Shown: positions 39,646-49,438, counted from the stretch's first letter. The stretch: 64,000 bases of DNA from Gaiellales bacterium (GCA_012719395.1 JAAYAL010000035.1:6084-70083); one strand, 5' to 3'. The notes: generated by a model not told the origin, from the letters alone. A program made the numbers and translations.

Positions 39646-41356
39646 GAGCCGCGCTCCAATCGTTCAGGATACCTGCGGGGATCTCCACGGTGACATCCAG
39701 CAGCCTTCCGATCGTGGAGTAACCGCGCACCATGTTGAATACTTCGCTGTGGGTGACCAGCGCGTCGCCGGCGTAGCTGCCGATCCCGGCCTCCTCCGCA
39801 CGAGCGGCGAGCATCTCCAGGGCCATGTGCTCGGCTCCGGCCAGGCTGAGCCTGAGGTCCTCCAGTCGGCCGCCCCGACCGTCTTCCTCTGCCACCCACG
39901 TGCCCTGGCTGGTGTCCATGCTCAGGGTGAGGGCCATGGTGGGGCGGGAGAGTGCAGCCCCCAGGGCATTGGCGACCGCGGCGTGCTCAGGGACCAGGCA
40001 CTTCATGCCCAAGAGCGAGGCCGCCGCCGGGGCCAGGGAGGGTGCGCCGCCGCCCACACCTACCAGGAGTGCGGGTCGTGCGTGCTCCTCTCGCAGAACC
40101 TCCCAGATGCGGTAGACGGGCTCGTCCCGCCAGTGTGCGAACATGGTCTCTACTTCCCCGGCGATTGTGGAGGCAAGCGCATCCACAACTCTGCGCGACG
40201 CTCCCTCCGGGCCGGTACCCAGCGCCACGGCCACCTCTGCCATGGCGCTTCGCGCCGCCTCCGCGTTGCCAAGATCGATGGCTCCCAACACGCGCAGGGC
40301 GTCGGTGGGAGTGGGGAAGGGGCCTCCAAGGCACGCTGGGGGACCCATACGGTCCGGGCCCACGGTCAGCACCCCCTCGTGGGCTCGCACCGCGCTGTCG
40401 CCACCTACCGGCACCGACTTCACCGCGAAGGACCGCACATGGGTGAGCAGATCGTGCACTCGTGCTCCCTTGGAGGCGAGGAGCGGTTGACCATCAAGCA
40501 CCAGGGCCAGGTCGGTGGTGGTGCCGCCCACATCCAGCATGACGAACGACTCACCCGGCGGCGCCAGGGCCACCGCCCCCATGGTGCTGGCGGCGGGTCC
40601 GGAGAAGATGGTCTCCACCGGCGTGCGCAGCGAGTAGTCGAGGGGAAGGGTGCCGCCGTCGGCCTTGAGCACGAAGATGGGGGCGCAAAGGCCACGTTCT
40701 CTGAGGGCGCGGCTCATCTCCCGGGCGTACTCACCATAGTGGTCGCGGGTGGCGAGGGTGAGGAGGGTGGTGGCCACACGGCGGGGGAAGTTGAGCCGAG
40801 CCGAGACCATGTGGCCGCATTCAACGACGGCATCCGGGCTCTCCTCCAGTAGCAGAGCCTTGGCGGAGCGCTCGTGCTGTGGGTTGCGCTGGCAGAACTT
40901 GCCCACCACTGCCACTCTGGACAGGCCCTCCGCCCGCAAGGCGGCCCCTGCGGCGCGTACGCCCGCCTCGTCCAACGGGGCGATCTCCCGACCGCGATAG
41001 TCCACAGCGCCGTGGACGATATGCGCAGGTGGCAGCCCATAGTCCGACGGGTTGGCACCTGGGCCGGGCAGCAGTATGAGGCCCACGGGCTCTGCCTTAT
41101 TCTCCGCCAGGAGATTGGTGATGACCGTGGTGCTCAGCACGATACGCTGCACTTGTGTTGGGCGGATTGACTCCAGGATGCAGTCCAAGGCCCTCAGCAC
41201 CGACCCGGCCAAGTTGTGGGGGGCGGTGGCTACGGCGGCCTCAGAGACCACACGTCGTCCATCGATCAGCACGGCGTCGGTGGTGGTTCCGCCTACGTCG
41301 ATCCCAATCAGCATACGGCCGTCCCCGGTTGCCCCTTGTGCCCTGTGTTCACTCAT
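39635..41356 (-). CDS. Hydantoinase/oxoprolinase (HyuA-like) family protein
   Basis: It carries MLIGIDVGGTTTDAVLIDG (the hydantoinase_A N-terminus) and a later DVGGTTTDLALV motif. Two start options exist, Met 41356 and Met 41314. Confidence 0.7.
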   Translation of the reverse strand: MSEHRAQGATGDGRMLIGIDVGGTTTDAVLIDGRRVVSEAAVATAPHNLAGSVLRALDCILESIRPTQVQRIVLSTTVITNLLAENKAEPVGLILLPGPGANPSDYGLPPAHIVHGAVDYRGREIAPLDEAGVRAAGAALRAEGLSRVAVVGKFCQRNPQHERSAKALLLEESPDAVVECGHMVSARLNFPRRVATTLLTLATRDHYGEYAREMSRALRERGLCAPIFVLKADGGTLPLDYSLRTPVETIFSGPAASTMGAVALAPPGESFVMLDVGGTTTDLALVLDGQPLLASKGARVHDLLTHVRSFAVKSVPVGGDSAVRAHEGVLTVGPDRMGPPACLGGPFPTPTDALRVLGAIDLGNAEAARSAMAEVAVALGTGPEGASRRVVDALASTIAGEVETMFAHWRDEPVYRIWEVLREEHARPALLVGVGGGAPSLAPAAASLLGMKCLVPEHAAVANALGAALSRPTMALTLSMDTSQGTWVAEEDGRGGRLEDLRLSLAGAEHMALEMLAARAEEAGIGSYAGDALVTHSEVFNMVRGYSTIGRLLDVTVEIPAGILNDWSAAHGE

Positions 41357-41392
41357 CCTCGTCCTGTGCCTGCCTTCCCGGCCGGAAATCAC

Positions 41393-42271
41393 CTAGAGCT
41401 TTCGTAGTTGGATATCCCGGGTGGCTTCGTGCAGAGGGCTGTAGTCACGAGGGTTGGGGATGGAGGGGAGCCCGGGCAGCACAGGGTACCCGGGAAAGGC
41501 GGGTGCGGTGTTGCGTGTGGGCTTCGCCAGAAGAAGGCGATCGTCAGGGTAGATGGTGCCCAGGTAATCGCCGTTGGGGTTGACGGCTTCTCCATCCTCC
41601 CATGGAAGCCAGCCGATCACGTCCCCATCAACGTCGAACAGGATGTTGCCGAGGCGGAAGGCGATCCAATCGCCGCGGGAATCGAAGAGATACTGATCCG
41701 GCAAGGTGGCTCCGGAGACAGCCTGGTCCTTGCGGGTCAGAGGGCCCAGCGCTTCAAGGGCCCGGAGGGCGGTCTGTGCCCTCTGCGGCGTCAGATCGGC
41801 GGCGTCCAGCCCGGCCAGAGCTTCGTTGAGGGGCGACAGGATGCCACCCAGGGATTCGTAGGCTGCGGCGAGATCACGGAATACGTGGTGTGCTCCTCTC
41901 TGGAGATACTGCGAGTCCGGGGCCGCCATGAGTCGGCGCAGCAGCGGTGGAATGGCCACCGCGCCCATGTTGATGAGAAGTCGGGCGGCCAGCCAGCGGA
42001 TCCCGGAGTCCTTGTCTTCCAGAAGGGGGAGCGCCTGCGCAGCAATGTCGTTTGGTTCCACCGGGGCGGTTTGTAGGCCCGGCATCTCGCTCAACACCTT
42101 GGCTGCCTCCCAGCGCGTGCGCTTGTCTCGGTCACTCAACAACGGCAGGATGGCGGGCACTGAGGAGGGGCCCACGTCGATGAGCCGCGAGCGGGATTCG
42201 CTCCTCTTCACCCCGTCGCGGTGGCGCAGATCCTGCACAAGCGCCTCAAGCGGGCACGCATCTGGCACCAT
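41393..42271 (-). CDS. HEAT-repeat (PBS lyase-like) protein with C-terminal beta-rich domain
   Basis: HEAT-like repeats are present (AILPLLSDRDKRTRWEAAKVL; ALPLLEDKDSGIRWLAARLL). The C-terminal segment YLFDSRGDWIAFRLGNILFDVDGDVIGWLPWEDG is beta-rich. Its stop abuts the hydantoinase start. Confidence 0.55.
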   Translation of the reverse strand: MVPDACPLEALVQDLRHRDGVKRSESRSRLIDVGPSSVPAILPLLSDRDKRTRWEAAKVLSEMPGLQTAPVEPNDIAAQALPLLEDKDSGIRWLAARLLINMGAVAIPPLLRRLMAAPDSQYLQRGAHHVFRDLAAAYESLGGILSPLNEALAGLDAADLTPQRAQTALRALEALGPLTRKDQAVSGATLPDQYLFDSRGDWIAFRLGNILFDVDGDVIGWLPWEDGEAVNPNGDYLGTIYPDDRLLLAKPTRNTAPAFPGYPVLPGLPSIPNPRDYSPLHEATRDIQLRKL

Positions 42272-42922
42272 CTAGTCCCCCTCCTCTGCACCGTTGCCGC
42301 TCAGCTTGTCGAATAGGTCCTGGAAGGTCTGCAGCGGCTGTGCCCCCACTATCTTGTAGCGATTGTTCACGATGAAGGTGGGGAGGCCGGTCAACTCATG
42401 CCGTTGCGCCTGCTCTCGGGCCGCCGACAGCCTGTTGGCATACAGTTTGTTCTCCAGGCCTGAGCGCAGCACGGCAATGTCAAGCCCGCAGCTCTCCGCG
42501 GCTTGTCGGAGCACACGGAACCGGCCCAGGTCGAGCCCTTGCCCGAAGTAGAGGCGGAAGACCTCCGCGTGGAAAGCGTCGAAGACGCCGGCGTCTCGCG
42601 CGTATTCAGCCGCCTCCAGAGCCAGGCGCGAGTTGGAGAGCAGTTCTGCCGGTTTGATGTGCAGGCCCAGCTCAGCGCCCCGGGCGATAATGGCGTCGTA
42701 CATCTTGGTGGTGTCTTGCCCCGGGAAGTGCTCGGCCATGGGGAGCCCCTGCGTGGGGGTCTCCGGGTGCAGCTCATAGCCAAGCCAGGTCACGGTCAAG
42801 TCGTAGCTCTCTGCAAGCATGTCGAGAAGACCCTTCCCGATATAGCAGAAGGGGCATATGTAGTCCGAAAAGACTCTCACCTCAATCGCCAAGGCACCGT
42901 CCTCCCGTGGGGGATCGTACAA
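42272..42922 (-). CDS. DsbA-family thiol:disulfide oxidoreductase (FrnE-like)
   Basis: The CPFC active site lies in VRVFSDYICPFCYIGK, and a GLPTFIV motif is present. It is first in the minus-strand operon with the HEAT, hydantoinase and HDAC-like genes. Confidence 0.7.
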   Translation of the reverse strand: MYDPPREDGALAIEVRVFSDYICPFCYIGKGLLDMLAESYDLTVTWLGYELHPETPTQGLPMAEHFPGQDTTKMYDAIIARGAELGLHIKPAELLSNSRLALEAAEYARDAGVFDAFHAEVFRLYFGQGLDLGRFRVLRQAAESCGLDIAVLRSGLENKLYANRLSAAREQAQRHELTGLPTFIVNNRYKIVGAQPLQTFQDLFDKLSGNGAEEGD

Positions 42923-43159
42923 TCACAAGTATGCCTCGTGCTCTCGCAACCTGCCCACGTTGCCCGCCGAGTGGGACGGCTGGTGGGGGACGAGGTGGCG
43001 CGACGAGTGGTCTCCGAGGCAGTGCCTGCCGTGACGGGGGGTGAGATGGCAGACGGGGACCGTCGCGGTGGTGGAGGCGCCGGCGGTGGCGGCCGTCGCG
43101 CCGGACGCTCGCCGGCGGCCGCGTGCCGTGTAGCCGCCAACCCGGGGCGGCGACTCTCC

Positions 43160-43609
43160 CTACTCCACGACTACCGTGACGCTGACGGTTTGGTCGTCAG
43201 GGGTGGTTTCCCACGGCCGCTTGTACAGGAAGTTGAGGACCGTCTCGCCGGGGCCCTCGGCCAGGAAATTGAAGTGATATGTGGCCGGGGCGCCGACAAC
43301 GCTGGAGTCGGTGTTCAGCACCTGCTTCACGCCCTTCTCGCTCAAGGAGTTGCCGAACGGAGGCTCAAGAGTCCACTCATAGCCTGTGCTGGGATTGCCT
43401 TCCAGCACCATCTCCAACGCCTGCCCCGTGTTGAGGGTGACAGTGGTGTCGGCGGCCTCCCGGCTGATACTGACGGTGTCGCCCCCTGAGCCGGCGGAAC
43501 CACCCTCGGTCCCCGCGGATCCGGACGCCGAACCCGAACCGCACCCTACCAGAGCCCAGCCTGCGAACAGCAGCAGGAGCACGAGGGCAATAAGGCGAGA
43601 AGCTCGCAT
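43160..43609 (-). CDS. Lipoprotein, peptidase inhibitor I42 (chagasin) family
   Basis: It has the lipobox LVGCG, a Gly/Ser linker, and then LEGNPSTGYEWTL (chagasin-like NPTTGY.W). Confidence 0.7.
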   Translation of the reverse strand: MRASRLIALVLLLLFAGWALVGCGSGSASGSAGTEGGSAGSGGDTVSISREAADTTVTLNTGQALEMVLEGNPSTGYEWTLEPPFGNSLSEKGVKQVLNTDSSVVGAPATYHFNFLAEGPGETVLNFLYKRPWETTPDDQTVSVTVVVE

Positions 43610-43755
43610 TGTGGACCCCTTCCATCGCTTGGTTGTGTCCTACGACGAAGGGCAAAGTGTATCGGTTCCCCAGAAACAGGTCCTCTGTTATGCTGGGACG
43701 AACCTGGTTGGCTGCAGACGGGCGCGCATTAGTCCACGCCCCCGAAAGGAGAAGC

Positions 43756-44052
43756 ATGAAGATCGAGAACATCGATGAAGCCCTCGAAGCGGCGCGGGCA
43801 TTGAAGGCGTGGTCCTACCAGGAGAAGTACAAGGAGCACTCGGAGGGCACCGTACTGGCCCTGGAAGTGATCCGCACCTCGGCCAGCCTTGAAGAGCAGG
43901 TCATCGAGACCGTGCAGACTGCCCTCAGGGAGGATTTCGAGCGGCATACCTGGTCGGTGCTCATGCGCAATGTGCTGGAGTACAGCAGCCAATCGGTGGC
44001 GGCCGTCAGCAAGCTGGCGTACCGCATGTTTCTCCGTCGGGGTGGTGAGTAG
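43756..44052 (+). CDS. Hypothetical protein (99 aa)
   Basis: The ATG is preceded by AAAGGAGAAG. No family was recognised. Confidence 0.45.
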   Translation: MKIENIDEALEAARALKAWSYQEKYKEHSEGTVLALEVIRTSASLEEQVIETVQTALREDFERHTWSVLMRNVLEYSSQSVAAVSKLAYRMFLRRGGE

Positions 44053-44073
44053 CCCGCCTGCTTCTGCGGGTGC

Positions 44074-44595
44074 CTAGCGGTTGGCAGGGAGCGCCCAGCA
44101 GCGCTGCAGCTGGGCCGCCCACGCGGCCACTCGTTCGTTGGTGAGGGGGGCTTGGTTGAGCTTGTCGATGACCAGGCCCACGAAGCGCTCGCCCCGAACG
44201 GCCTCGGACTTCTCGAAGGAGTAGCCCGCCAACGGCCAGAAGCCGTCCACGGTTGCGCCGGTGGCCTGCACAGCGTCATACAGCCGGCCCAGGCCTGAAG
44301 CAAAGGTCTCAGGGTATGTTTCTTGGTCGCCGAGACCGAAGAGCGCTACGTGATGCCCCCGCAGGTCCAGCGCGCGCAGGCTCGGGAGGAATTCGTTCCA
44401 ATCAGGCTGTATGTCGCCCTCTCCCCAGGTGGAGGTGCCCAGGATGAGGTGCGTGTAGCCCAGAAGGTCCTCGGGCCGGCTCAGTCGGATGTTGTGCACA
44501 GCGGAAGCGTCCAGAGCCAGCGCCACCTGTATCTTCTCCGCCACGATGTGGGTGCCGTAGCTGCTGCTGCCGAAAAATACGCCAATGGTGTTCAG
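44074..44595 (-). CDS. Flavodoxin (long-chain)
   Basis: It aligns to flavodoxins from IGVFFGSSSYGT (the FMN-phosphate loop) through LILGTSTWGEGDIQPDW and GLGDQETYPETF. The track start GTG 44544 lies inside the domain. The codon at the Met-homologous position is CTG 44593-44595, with SD GGAAGGAG 5 nt upstream. Confidence 0.7.
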   Translation of the reverse strand: MNTIGVFFGSSSYGTHIVAEKIQVALALDASAVHNIRLSRPEDLLGYTHLILGTSTWGEGDIQPDWNEFLPSLRALDLRGHHVALFGLGDQETYPETFASGLGRLYDAVQATGATVDGFWPLAGYSFEKSEAVRGERFVGLVIDKLNQAPLTNERVAAWAAQLQRCWALPANR

Positions 44596-44685
44596 GAGGA
44601 CTCCTTCCGCGGTTTGAGGTGCAGGAGGCCGCCGGGCCCCCGCACCTCCATGGGTGTAGGGCTCACTCCCAGGGCCCCAGGGCCG

Positions 44686-45198
44686 TTACTCCTGCGCCGT
44701 CGGCGGGGTGAACACGCGATTGGCGAGCTCTGAGTCCACCATCACCAGGCCGCCGGGTGCGTCTCTCAGAAGCTGCAGCTTGCGTACGATGGCTTCGGCG
44801 TGCTCTTCCTCTTCCACCTGCTCGGCGATGAACCACTGCAGCTCGTTCTCGGTGGCGTAGTCGGACAGCTCGCGTGCAGTGGTCATGAGGCCGTTGATCA
44901 GTGCGGTCACCTTCTGCTCGTGCTGGAGGACCTGCTCAAACACGGCCAGGGGGGACTCCCAGGAACGCGGCGGCTCTTCAATGGCCAACAGGTCCACCCG
45001 TCCTCCGCGGGATACCAGGTAGCGGAAGAACTTCATGCCGTGGAAGGTTTCTTCCTCGTTCTGCATGTACATCCAGTTGGCGAAGCCGGGCAGGCCCTGC
45101 TCCTCGAAATAGGTGGCCATGGAGAGATAAAGGTAAGCTGAGTACAACTCGGCATTGATTTGCTGGTTGATCTCATCGCGCATGCGTTGGCTGATCAT
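44686..45198 (-). CDS. ftn: Ferritin (non-heme bacterial ferritin)
   Basis: The translation has the ferritin diiron-site pattern (ELYSAYLYLSMATYFEE...ETFHGMKFFRYL...QHEQKVT). It is 170 aa. Confidence 0.8.
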   Translation of the reverse strand: MISQRMRDEINQQINAELYSAYLYLSMATYFEEQGLPGFANWMYMQNEEETFHGMKFFRYLVSRGGRVDLLAIEEPPRSWESPLAVFEQVLQHEQKVTALINGLMTTARELSDYATENELQWFIAEQVEEEEHAEAIVRKLQLLRDAPGGLVMVDSELANRVFTPPTAQE

Positions 45199-45225
45199 AT
45201 GGGGTTCTCCTCCGGCTCGCGTGAT

Positions 45226-45405
45226 TTAGCGTGGTTTCAGTGCCTGCTCCACCTTGGCGATGGCCTGGGCGCCATAGTAGCCACACCGACCCTTCGTGAC
45301 ATCGGGCTGGATGCCCTGTTCTCTAAGGTACTTGGCCACCTTGCCCGCGGACACCCCGATCTTCTCCGCGAGCTTCGCGGAAGTGAGCAACTCCTGTTCG
45401 GCCAT
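45226..45405 (-). CDS. Small HTH protein upstream of ferritin
   Basis: MAEQELLTSAKLAEKIGVSAGKVAKYLREQG is a helix-turn-helix. It is ~58 aa, co-directional with ferritin and 27 nt upstream of it. Confidence 0.4.
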   Translation of the reverse strand: MAEQELLTSAKLAEKIGVSAGKVAKYLREQGIQPDVTKGRCGYYGAQAIAKVEQALKPR

Positions 45406-45615
45406 CCGTGTCCTCCGTTTCATCGAGACGTTGCGTGCCGTTTGCCCAATTCGTAAGCCGGGGCAGGTAGGGCGTCAGCGGTGTGGGTATGGTGACAACA
45501 CCGGACCGGCCATCTATCATCTACCCGCATGGTTGCCGATGTAGGCGCAGCGGCATGGGCGAGTGGGTGGTGACTCAGTACTGTTGCCGGCACCGAGAGG
45601 GATGGTGAGAGAGCG

Positions 45616-46305
45616 ATGATCCTGTGGGGTAGGATTCAGGATTTCCCCATCTTTGCTGTCCTGCAGTTCCTGGCAGCCTATAGGAAGACGGGCGTTCTGG
45701 AAATCCAGGACTTCGAGGAGGTGGGGTCCGTCTTCGTTACCGGAGGGCGGGTCGATGCCATTTCTCTCCCCACGTCGGACGATCTACTGGGCCGGCGCCT
45801 GGTGAAGGCCGGCGTGCTGACAGAGGAGCAGTTGAGGGAGTGTTTGCTGGATTCCGTTGATGAAGATGATCCGGCGCCGCTGGGCGTGATCCTGCTGCGG
45901 CGCGGTGCCACCGATCAGGACACTCTGCAGACCATCGTCAACCAGCAGATCCACGACCAGGCGCTGGAACTGGCCAACTGGAAGTCGGGAACCTTCAAAT
46001 TCGTCGTTCCGCCGGAGCCGATTGTGTTCGCGGTCACGCCGTCCGTGGACGTGCAGACGTTGTTGCTGGAAGCCGCAAGGCGCATGGATGAAGGGGACCG
46101 GCCTCGACGGGAGAAGGTGGTGGTGGAGGACGAGGTCTGTCTCACCTGCACTCTGGAATGCAACGACGCCATCAAGAGCCGGTTCCTCAAGTCCGACGTC
46201 TGCCTGTGGCGGGGGATGCCGGCCATTGCCAAGGACCATGCCTTCCGCGGCGCACGGCAGCCTCACCCCGACCAGGACGACCGCGAAGAGCTTCCGTTCC
46301 TGTAG
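45616..46305 (+). CDS. DUF4388 domain-containing protein
   Basis: The motif GRIQDFPIFAVLQFLAAYRKTGVLEI matches the DUF4388 signature (DL.Q.L...KTG.L). Confidence 0.55.
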   Translation: MILWGRIQDFPIFAVLQFLAAYRKTGVLEIQDFEEVGSVFVTGGRVDAISLPTSDDLLGRRLVKAGVLTEEQLRECLLDSVDEDDPAPLGVILLRRGATDQDTLQTIVNQQIHDQALELANWKSGTFKFVVPPEPIVFAVTPSVDVQTLLLEAARRMDEGDRPRREKVVVEDEVCLTCTLECNDAIKSRFLKSDVCLWRGMPAIAKDHAFRGARQPHPDQDDREELPFL

Positions 46306-46308
46306 CTC

Positions 46309-46770
46309 GTGCGTGTCGGCCTGGTATGTGTGGGGCGAATGTCCCGGGAGAGCGCCCCGTTGGCCGATCATTACCTGCGCCTGCTCCTGCCCTACGCGTC
46401 GGTGGAGATCCAAGAAGTAGGCGGGGTACCGCTGTCTCGGGGCCCGGCCAGAGTGATGGCGCAAGAAGGCGTTGATATCATGAAGCGTTTGCGCGCCGGG
46501 GCCTTCGTGATCGCACTGGATCGCACGGGCCGCCAGATGTCGTCCGAGCACTTCAGTGCCACCTTGGCTTCACTCAAGCTGGCCGGATACAGCGATTTTC
46601 AGTTCATCGTCGGTGGAGCGCTGGGGCTGGGGGCCGACGTGCTTGCCGCGGCACAGGAGAGATTGTCGTTCGGCCCCATGACCTTCCCGCACCAGCTTGC
46701 CCGCTGCATGCTGCTGGAGCAGCTGTACCGGGCGTTTCGCATCGAGAAGGGTGAGCCCTACCACTACTGA
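46309..46770 (+). CDS. rlmH: 23S rRNA (pseudouridine1915-N3)-methyltransferase RlmH
   Basis: It starts MRVGLVCVGRM and is a 153-aa SPOUT-fold protein, with RlmH pattern motifs (GAFVIALDRTG and DFQFIVGGALGL). Confidence 0.75.
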   Translation: MRVGLVCVGRMSRESAPLADHYLRLLLPYASVEIQEVGGVPLSRGPARVMAQEGVDIMKRLRAGAFVIALDRTGRQMSSEHFSATLASLKLAGYSDFQFIVGGALGLGADVLAAAQERLSFGPMTFPHQLARCMLLEQLYRAFRIEKGEPYHY

Positions 46771-46924
46771 TGGCCGCATGATCCTCCGAGGCGCCGGTAT
46801 CATTGCGTACGGTTTGGGCACGTCGATTGAATACCTGGCAGGAGAGAGCGAGCCGGGAGCGATTGGTCGGTGGTCGTCCGGGGCCTCATGGGGGGAAGCT
46901 TTCCAACCCAACAAGGAGTGAGCA

Positions 46925-48598
46925 GTGCTGGCAGCAAACGTGGCAAGGGTGGTGGACGAGTGGGTCGCGGAGAAGGGCTGGGAAGGCGTTCCCACCTTCG
47001 GCATGGAGCGCCCGGCTGAAGCCGGTCACGGCGACTATGCCACGAATTACGCCATGCAACTCGCCCGTGTGGCTCGGACCGCTCCGCGGGCGCTGGCGGA
47101 GGAGTTGCGCCTGCGTCTGCTGGCGGACTCGGCCCTGTCCCCCTACGTTGAGTCCGTGGAGGTGGCGGGACCGGGCTTCCTCAACTTCCGCCTCTCGGGC
47201 CTGGCCTTCTGTCGGGCGGCTGAATCGCTGCTCACGCAGGGCGAGAACGTAGGACAGGGCACCCGCAGCAGGCCACTCCACATCAATCTGGAGTACGTGT
47301 CGGTCAACCCCAATGGGCCGTTGCATGTGGGGCACGCCCGCTACGCGGCCTTCGGCGACTCTCTCCAGCGCCTGCTGGCCTTCTCCGGGCATGTCGTCAC
47401 CACCGAGTTCTACATCAATGACTTCGGGCGGCAGATGGAGATGTTCGGCCGGTCGGTGGCGGCGCGCTACGCGCAGCACCTGGGAGTGAACCTGCCTGTG
47501 CCGGAGGACGGCTACCAGGGCGATTACGTGAAGGACATCGCGCGGGCCATTGCGGAGGCGGAAGGGGAGCGTTGGTTGGAGGCCCTGCAGCAGGGCGGTT
47601 TGGAGGACCCGGACAGTGAGGGCTTGCTCTTCTTCCGGCGGGAGGGCTACACGCGTATGCTGGCCGAGATGCAGCGGGAGCTGGCCCACTTCCGGGTGGA
47701 GTTCGATGTCTGGTTCTCTGAGACCCAGCTTCACACCGAGGGCAAGGTGCAGGGGGCCATCAACGAGCTGCTGGAACATGGGGTGGCCTACGTGCAGGAT
47801 GACGCCGTGTGGCTGCGCACCACGGACTACGGGGATGACAAGGATCGGGTGCTGGTGCGGAGCAACGAGCGCCCCACCTACTTCGCCGCCGATATCGCCT
47901 ACCACGAGAACAAGCTGGCCAGGGGCTTCGACCACCTCATCAACATCTGGGGGGCGGACCACCACGGCTATGTGCCACGGATGAAGGCGGCCATCGGGCT
48001 GCTGTGCGGGGATCCGGACCGGCTGGAGGTGGTGATAGGTCAACTGGTGAACCTCACCGAGGAGGGTGAGGCCCGGCAGATGTCCACGCGCCGGGGGGAG
48101 ATGGTGACACTGGGCGAGCTGGTCGACGCCATAGGCGTGGACGCGGCCCGCTTCTTCTTGGTCATGCGCTCCAATGACCAGACGTTGGACCTGGACATGG
48201 CCCTGGCCAAGCGCCAGTCGCAGGAGAACCCTGTGTATTACGTGCAGTATGCGCACGCACGCATCGCCAGCATCCTGCGCAACCTGCCGGAGGGTCTGGA
48301 GCCGGCGGTGGAGCCGGGGGAGGGTGTGTTCGACACGGTGCAGGAGCGCAACCTCATCAAGAAGCTTGCCGAGTTCAGCGCCGTGGTGATGGAGGCGGCC
48401 GACCGACGGGCGCCGCACCGCATCGTGGCCTACGCGCAAGAGCTGGCCGGCGAGTTCCACCCCTTCTACAAGCACTGCCGGGTCATCGGCTCCGAGCCGA
48501 AGGTGGCGTCCTCCCGGCTGGCCCTGTGCCTTATCACCAAGCGGGTGGCGGCCCGCTGCTTGGAACTGCTGGGCGTGGCGGCACCCGAGGCGATGTGA
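46925..48598 (+). CDS. argS: Arginyl-tRNA synthetase
   Basis: The translation is a class I aaRS with ArgS domains (PNGPLHVGHARYAAFGD; DHHGYVPRMKAA; a QMSTRRG KMSK-like motif; DALR anticodon domain). The start is GTG after AAGGAG. Confidence 0.9.
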   Translation: MLAANVARVVDEWVAEKGWEGVPTFGMERPAEAGHGDYATNYAMQLARVARTAPRALAEELRLRLLADSALSPYVESVEVAGPGFLNFRLSGLAFCRAAESLLTQGENVGQGTRSRPLHINLEYVSVNPNGPLHVGHARYAAFGDSLQRLLAFSGHVVTTEFYINDFGRQMEMFGRSVAARYAQHLGVNLPVPEDGYQGDYVKDIARAIAEAEGERWLEALQQGGLEDPDSEGLLFFRREGYTRMLAEMQRELAHFRVEFDVWFSETQLHTEGKVQGAINELLEHGVAYVQDDAVWLRTTDYGDDKDRVLVRSNERPTYFAADIAYHENKLARGFDHLINIWGADHHGYVPRMKAAIGLLCGDPDRLEVVIGQLVNLTEEGEARQMSTRRGEMVTLGELVDAIGVDAARFFLVMRSNDQTLDLDMALAKRQSQENPVYYVQYAHARIASILRNLPEGLEPAVEPGEGVFDTVQERNLIKKLAEFSAVVMEAADRRAPHRIVAYAQELAGEFHPFYKHCRVIGSEPKVASSRLALCLITKRVAARCLELLGVAAPEAM

Positions 48599-48613
48599 TC
48601 CCGGGAATAGGCT

Positions 48614-49438
48614 GTGCCTGAGCTGCCTGAGGTTGAGACCGTCCGCCGCCAGTTGGAGGAGGTGATCCCGGGCTGGACCATCACCTCCGTGCCCCTGGCC
48701 GAGCCCTCCATGCTGCGCGGCCTCGGCGTCCGGGACTTCGAGCGGCGGCTGTCAGGCAACAGCTTCAGCCTTCCTCGGCGCCACGGCAAGTTTCTGCTGC
48801 TGCCCCTGTCCGGGGGCTTCTGGTTGACTGTGCACCTGGGCATGACCGGCCGTATCCTGGTGCCCACGGGGCCACGCTCCCGCGATCCCCATGACCGCTT
48901 TGTTCTGGCGCTCACCCGCGACGGTTGCAGGGCCTGGTTCGTGTTTCGCGACGTGCGCAAGTTCGGGAGGGTGGAGCTCAGCGCGGGGACGCCGGCGCCG
49001 CGCGTGGCCGGGCTGGGCCCGGACGGCTGGACCGGTGTGTGGGACAGCGGCTACTTGGCGCGTCGGCTGGCGGGACGGAGGGCGGCGGTGAAGGCCCTCC
49101 TACTGGATCAACACATCCTGGCCGGGGTGGGGAATATCTACGCGGACGAGGCGCTGTTTGAGGCTCAGATCCTGCCCTTCCGGCCCGCCGGCAGTCTGGG
49201 GCCCGAGGAACTGGAGCGGTTGGCGGCGGCGGTGCGGGCCACCCTGGAGAGGGGCGTGCGCGCCCTGGGCTGCTCCATCTCCGATTTCGCCCACGTGGAC
49301 GGGCGGCTGGGTTCCATGCAACAGGAGTTGCGTGCGTACCAACGCCAGGGACAGAGGTGCGAGCGCTGCGGCGGTACTCTGGAGCGGACCATTATCGCCG
49401 GGCGGGGGACGGCCTACTGCCCGGGCTGCCAGGTGTGA
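48614..49438 (+). CDS. mutM: Formamidopyrimidine-DNA glycosylase
   Basis: It starts MPELPEVETVRRQL (catalytic Pro2 and Glu3). A C-terminal zinc finger CERCGGTLERTIIAGRGTAYCPGCQ is present. Confidence 0.9.
   Translation: MPELPEVETVRRQLEEVIPGWTITSVPLAEPSMLRGLGVRDFERRLSGNSFSLPRRHGKFLLLPLSGGFWLTVHLGMTGRILVPTGPRSRDPHDRFVLALTRDGCRAWFVFRDVRKFGRVELSAGTPAPRVAGLGPDGWTGVWDSGYLARRLAGRRAAVKALLLDQHILAGVGNIYADEALFEAQILPFRPAGSLGPEELERLAAAVRATLERGVRALGCSISDFAHVDGRLGSMQQELRAYQRQGQRCERCGGTLERTIIAGRGTAYCPGCQV

Noticed and set aside
46771-46924. Possible T-box riboswitch leader upstream of argS
   Set aside because: The gap is only ~155 nt. There is no AATTAGGGTGGNACCGCG T-box motif and no specifier/antiterminator architecture.
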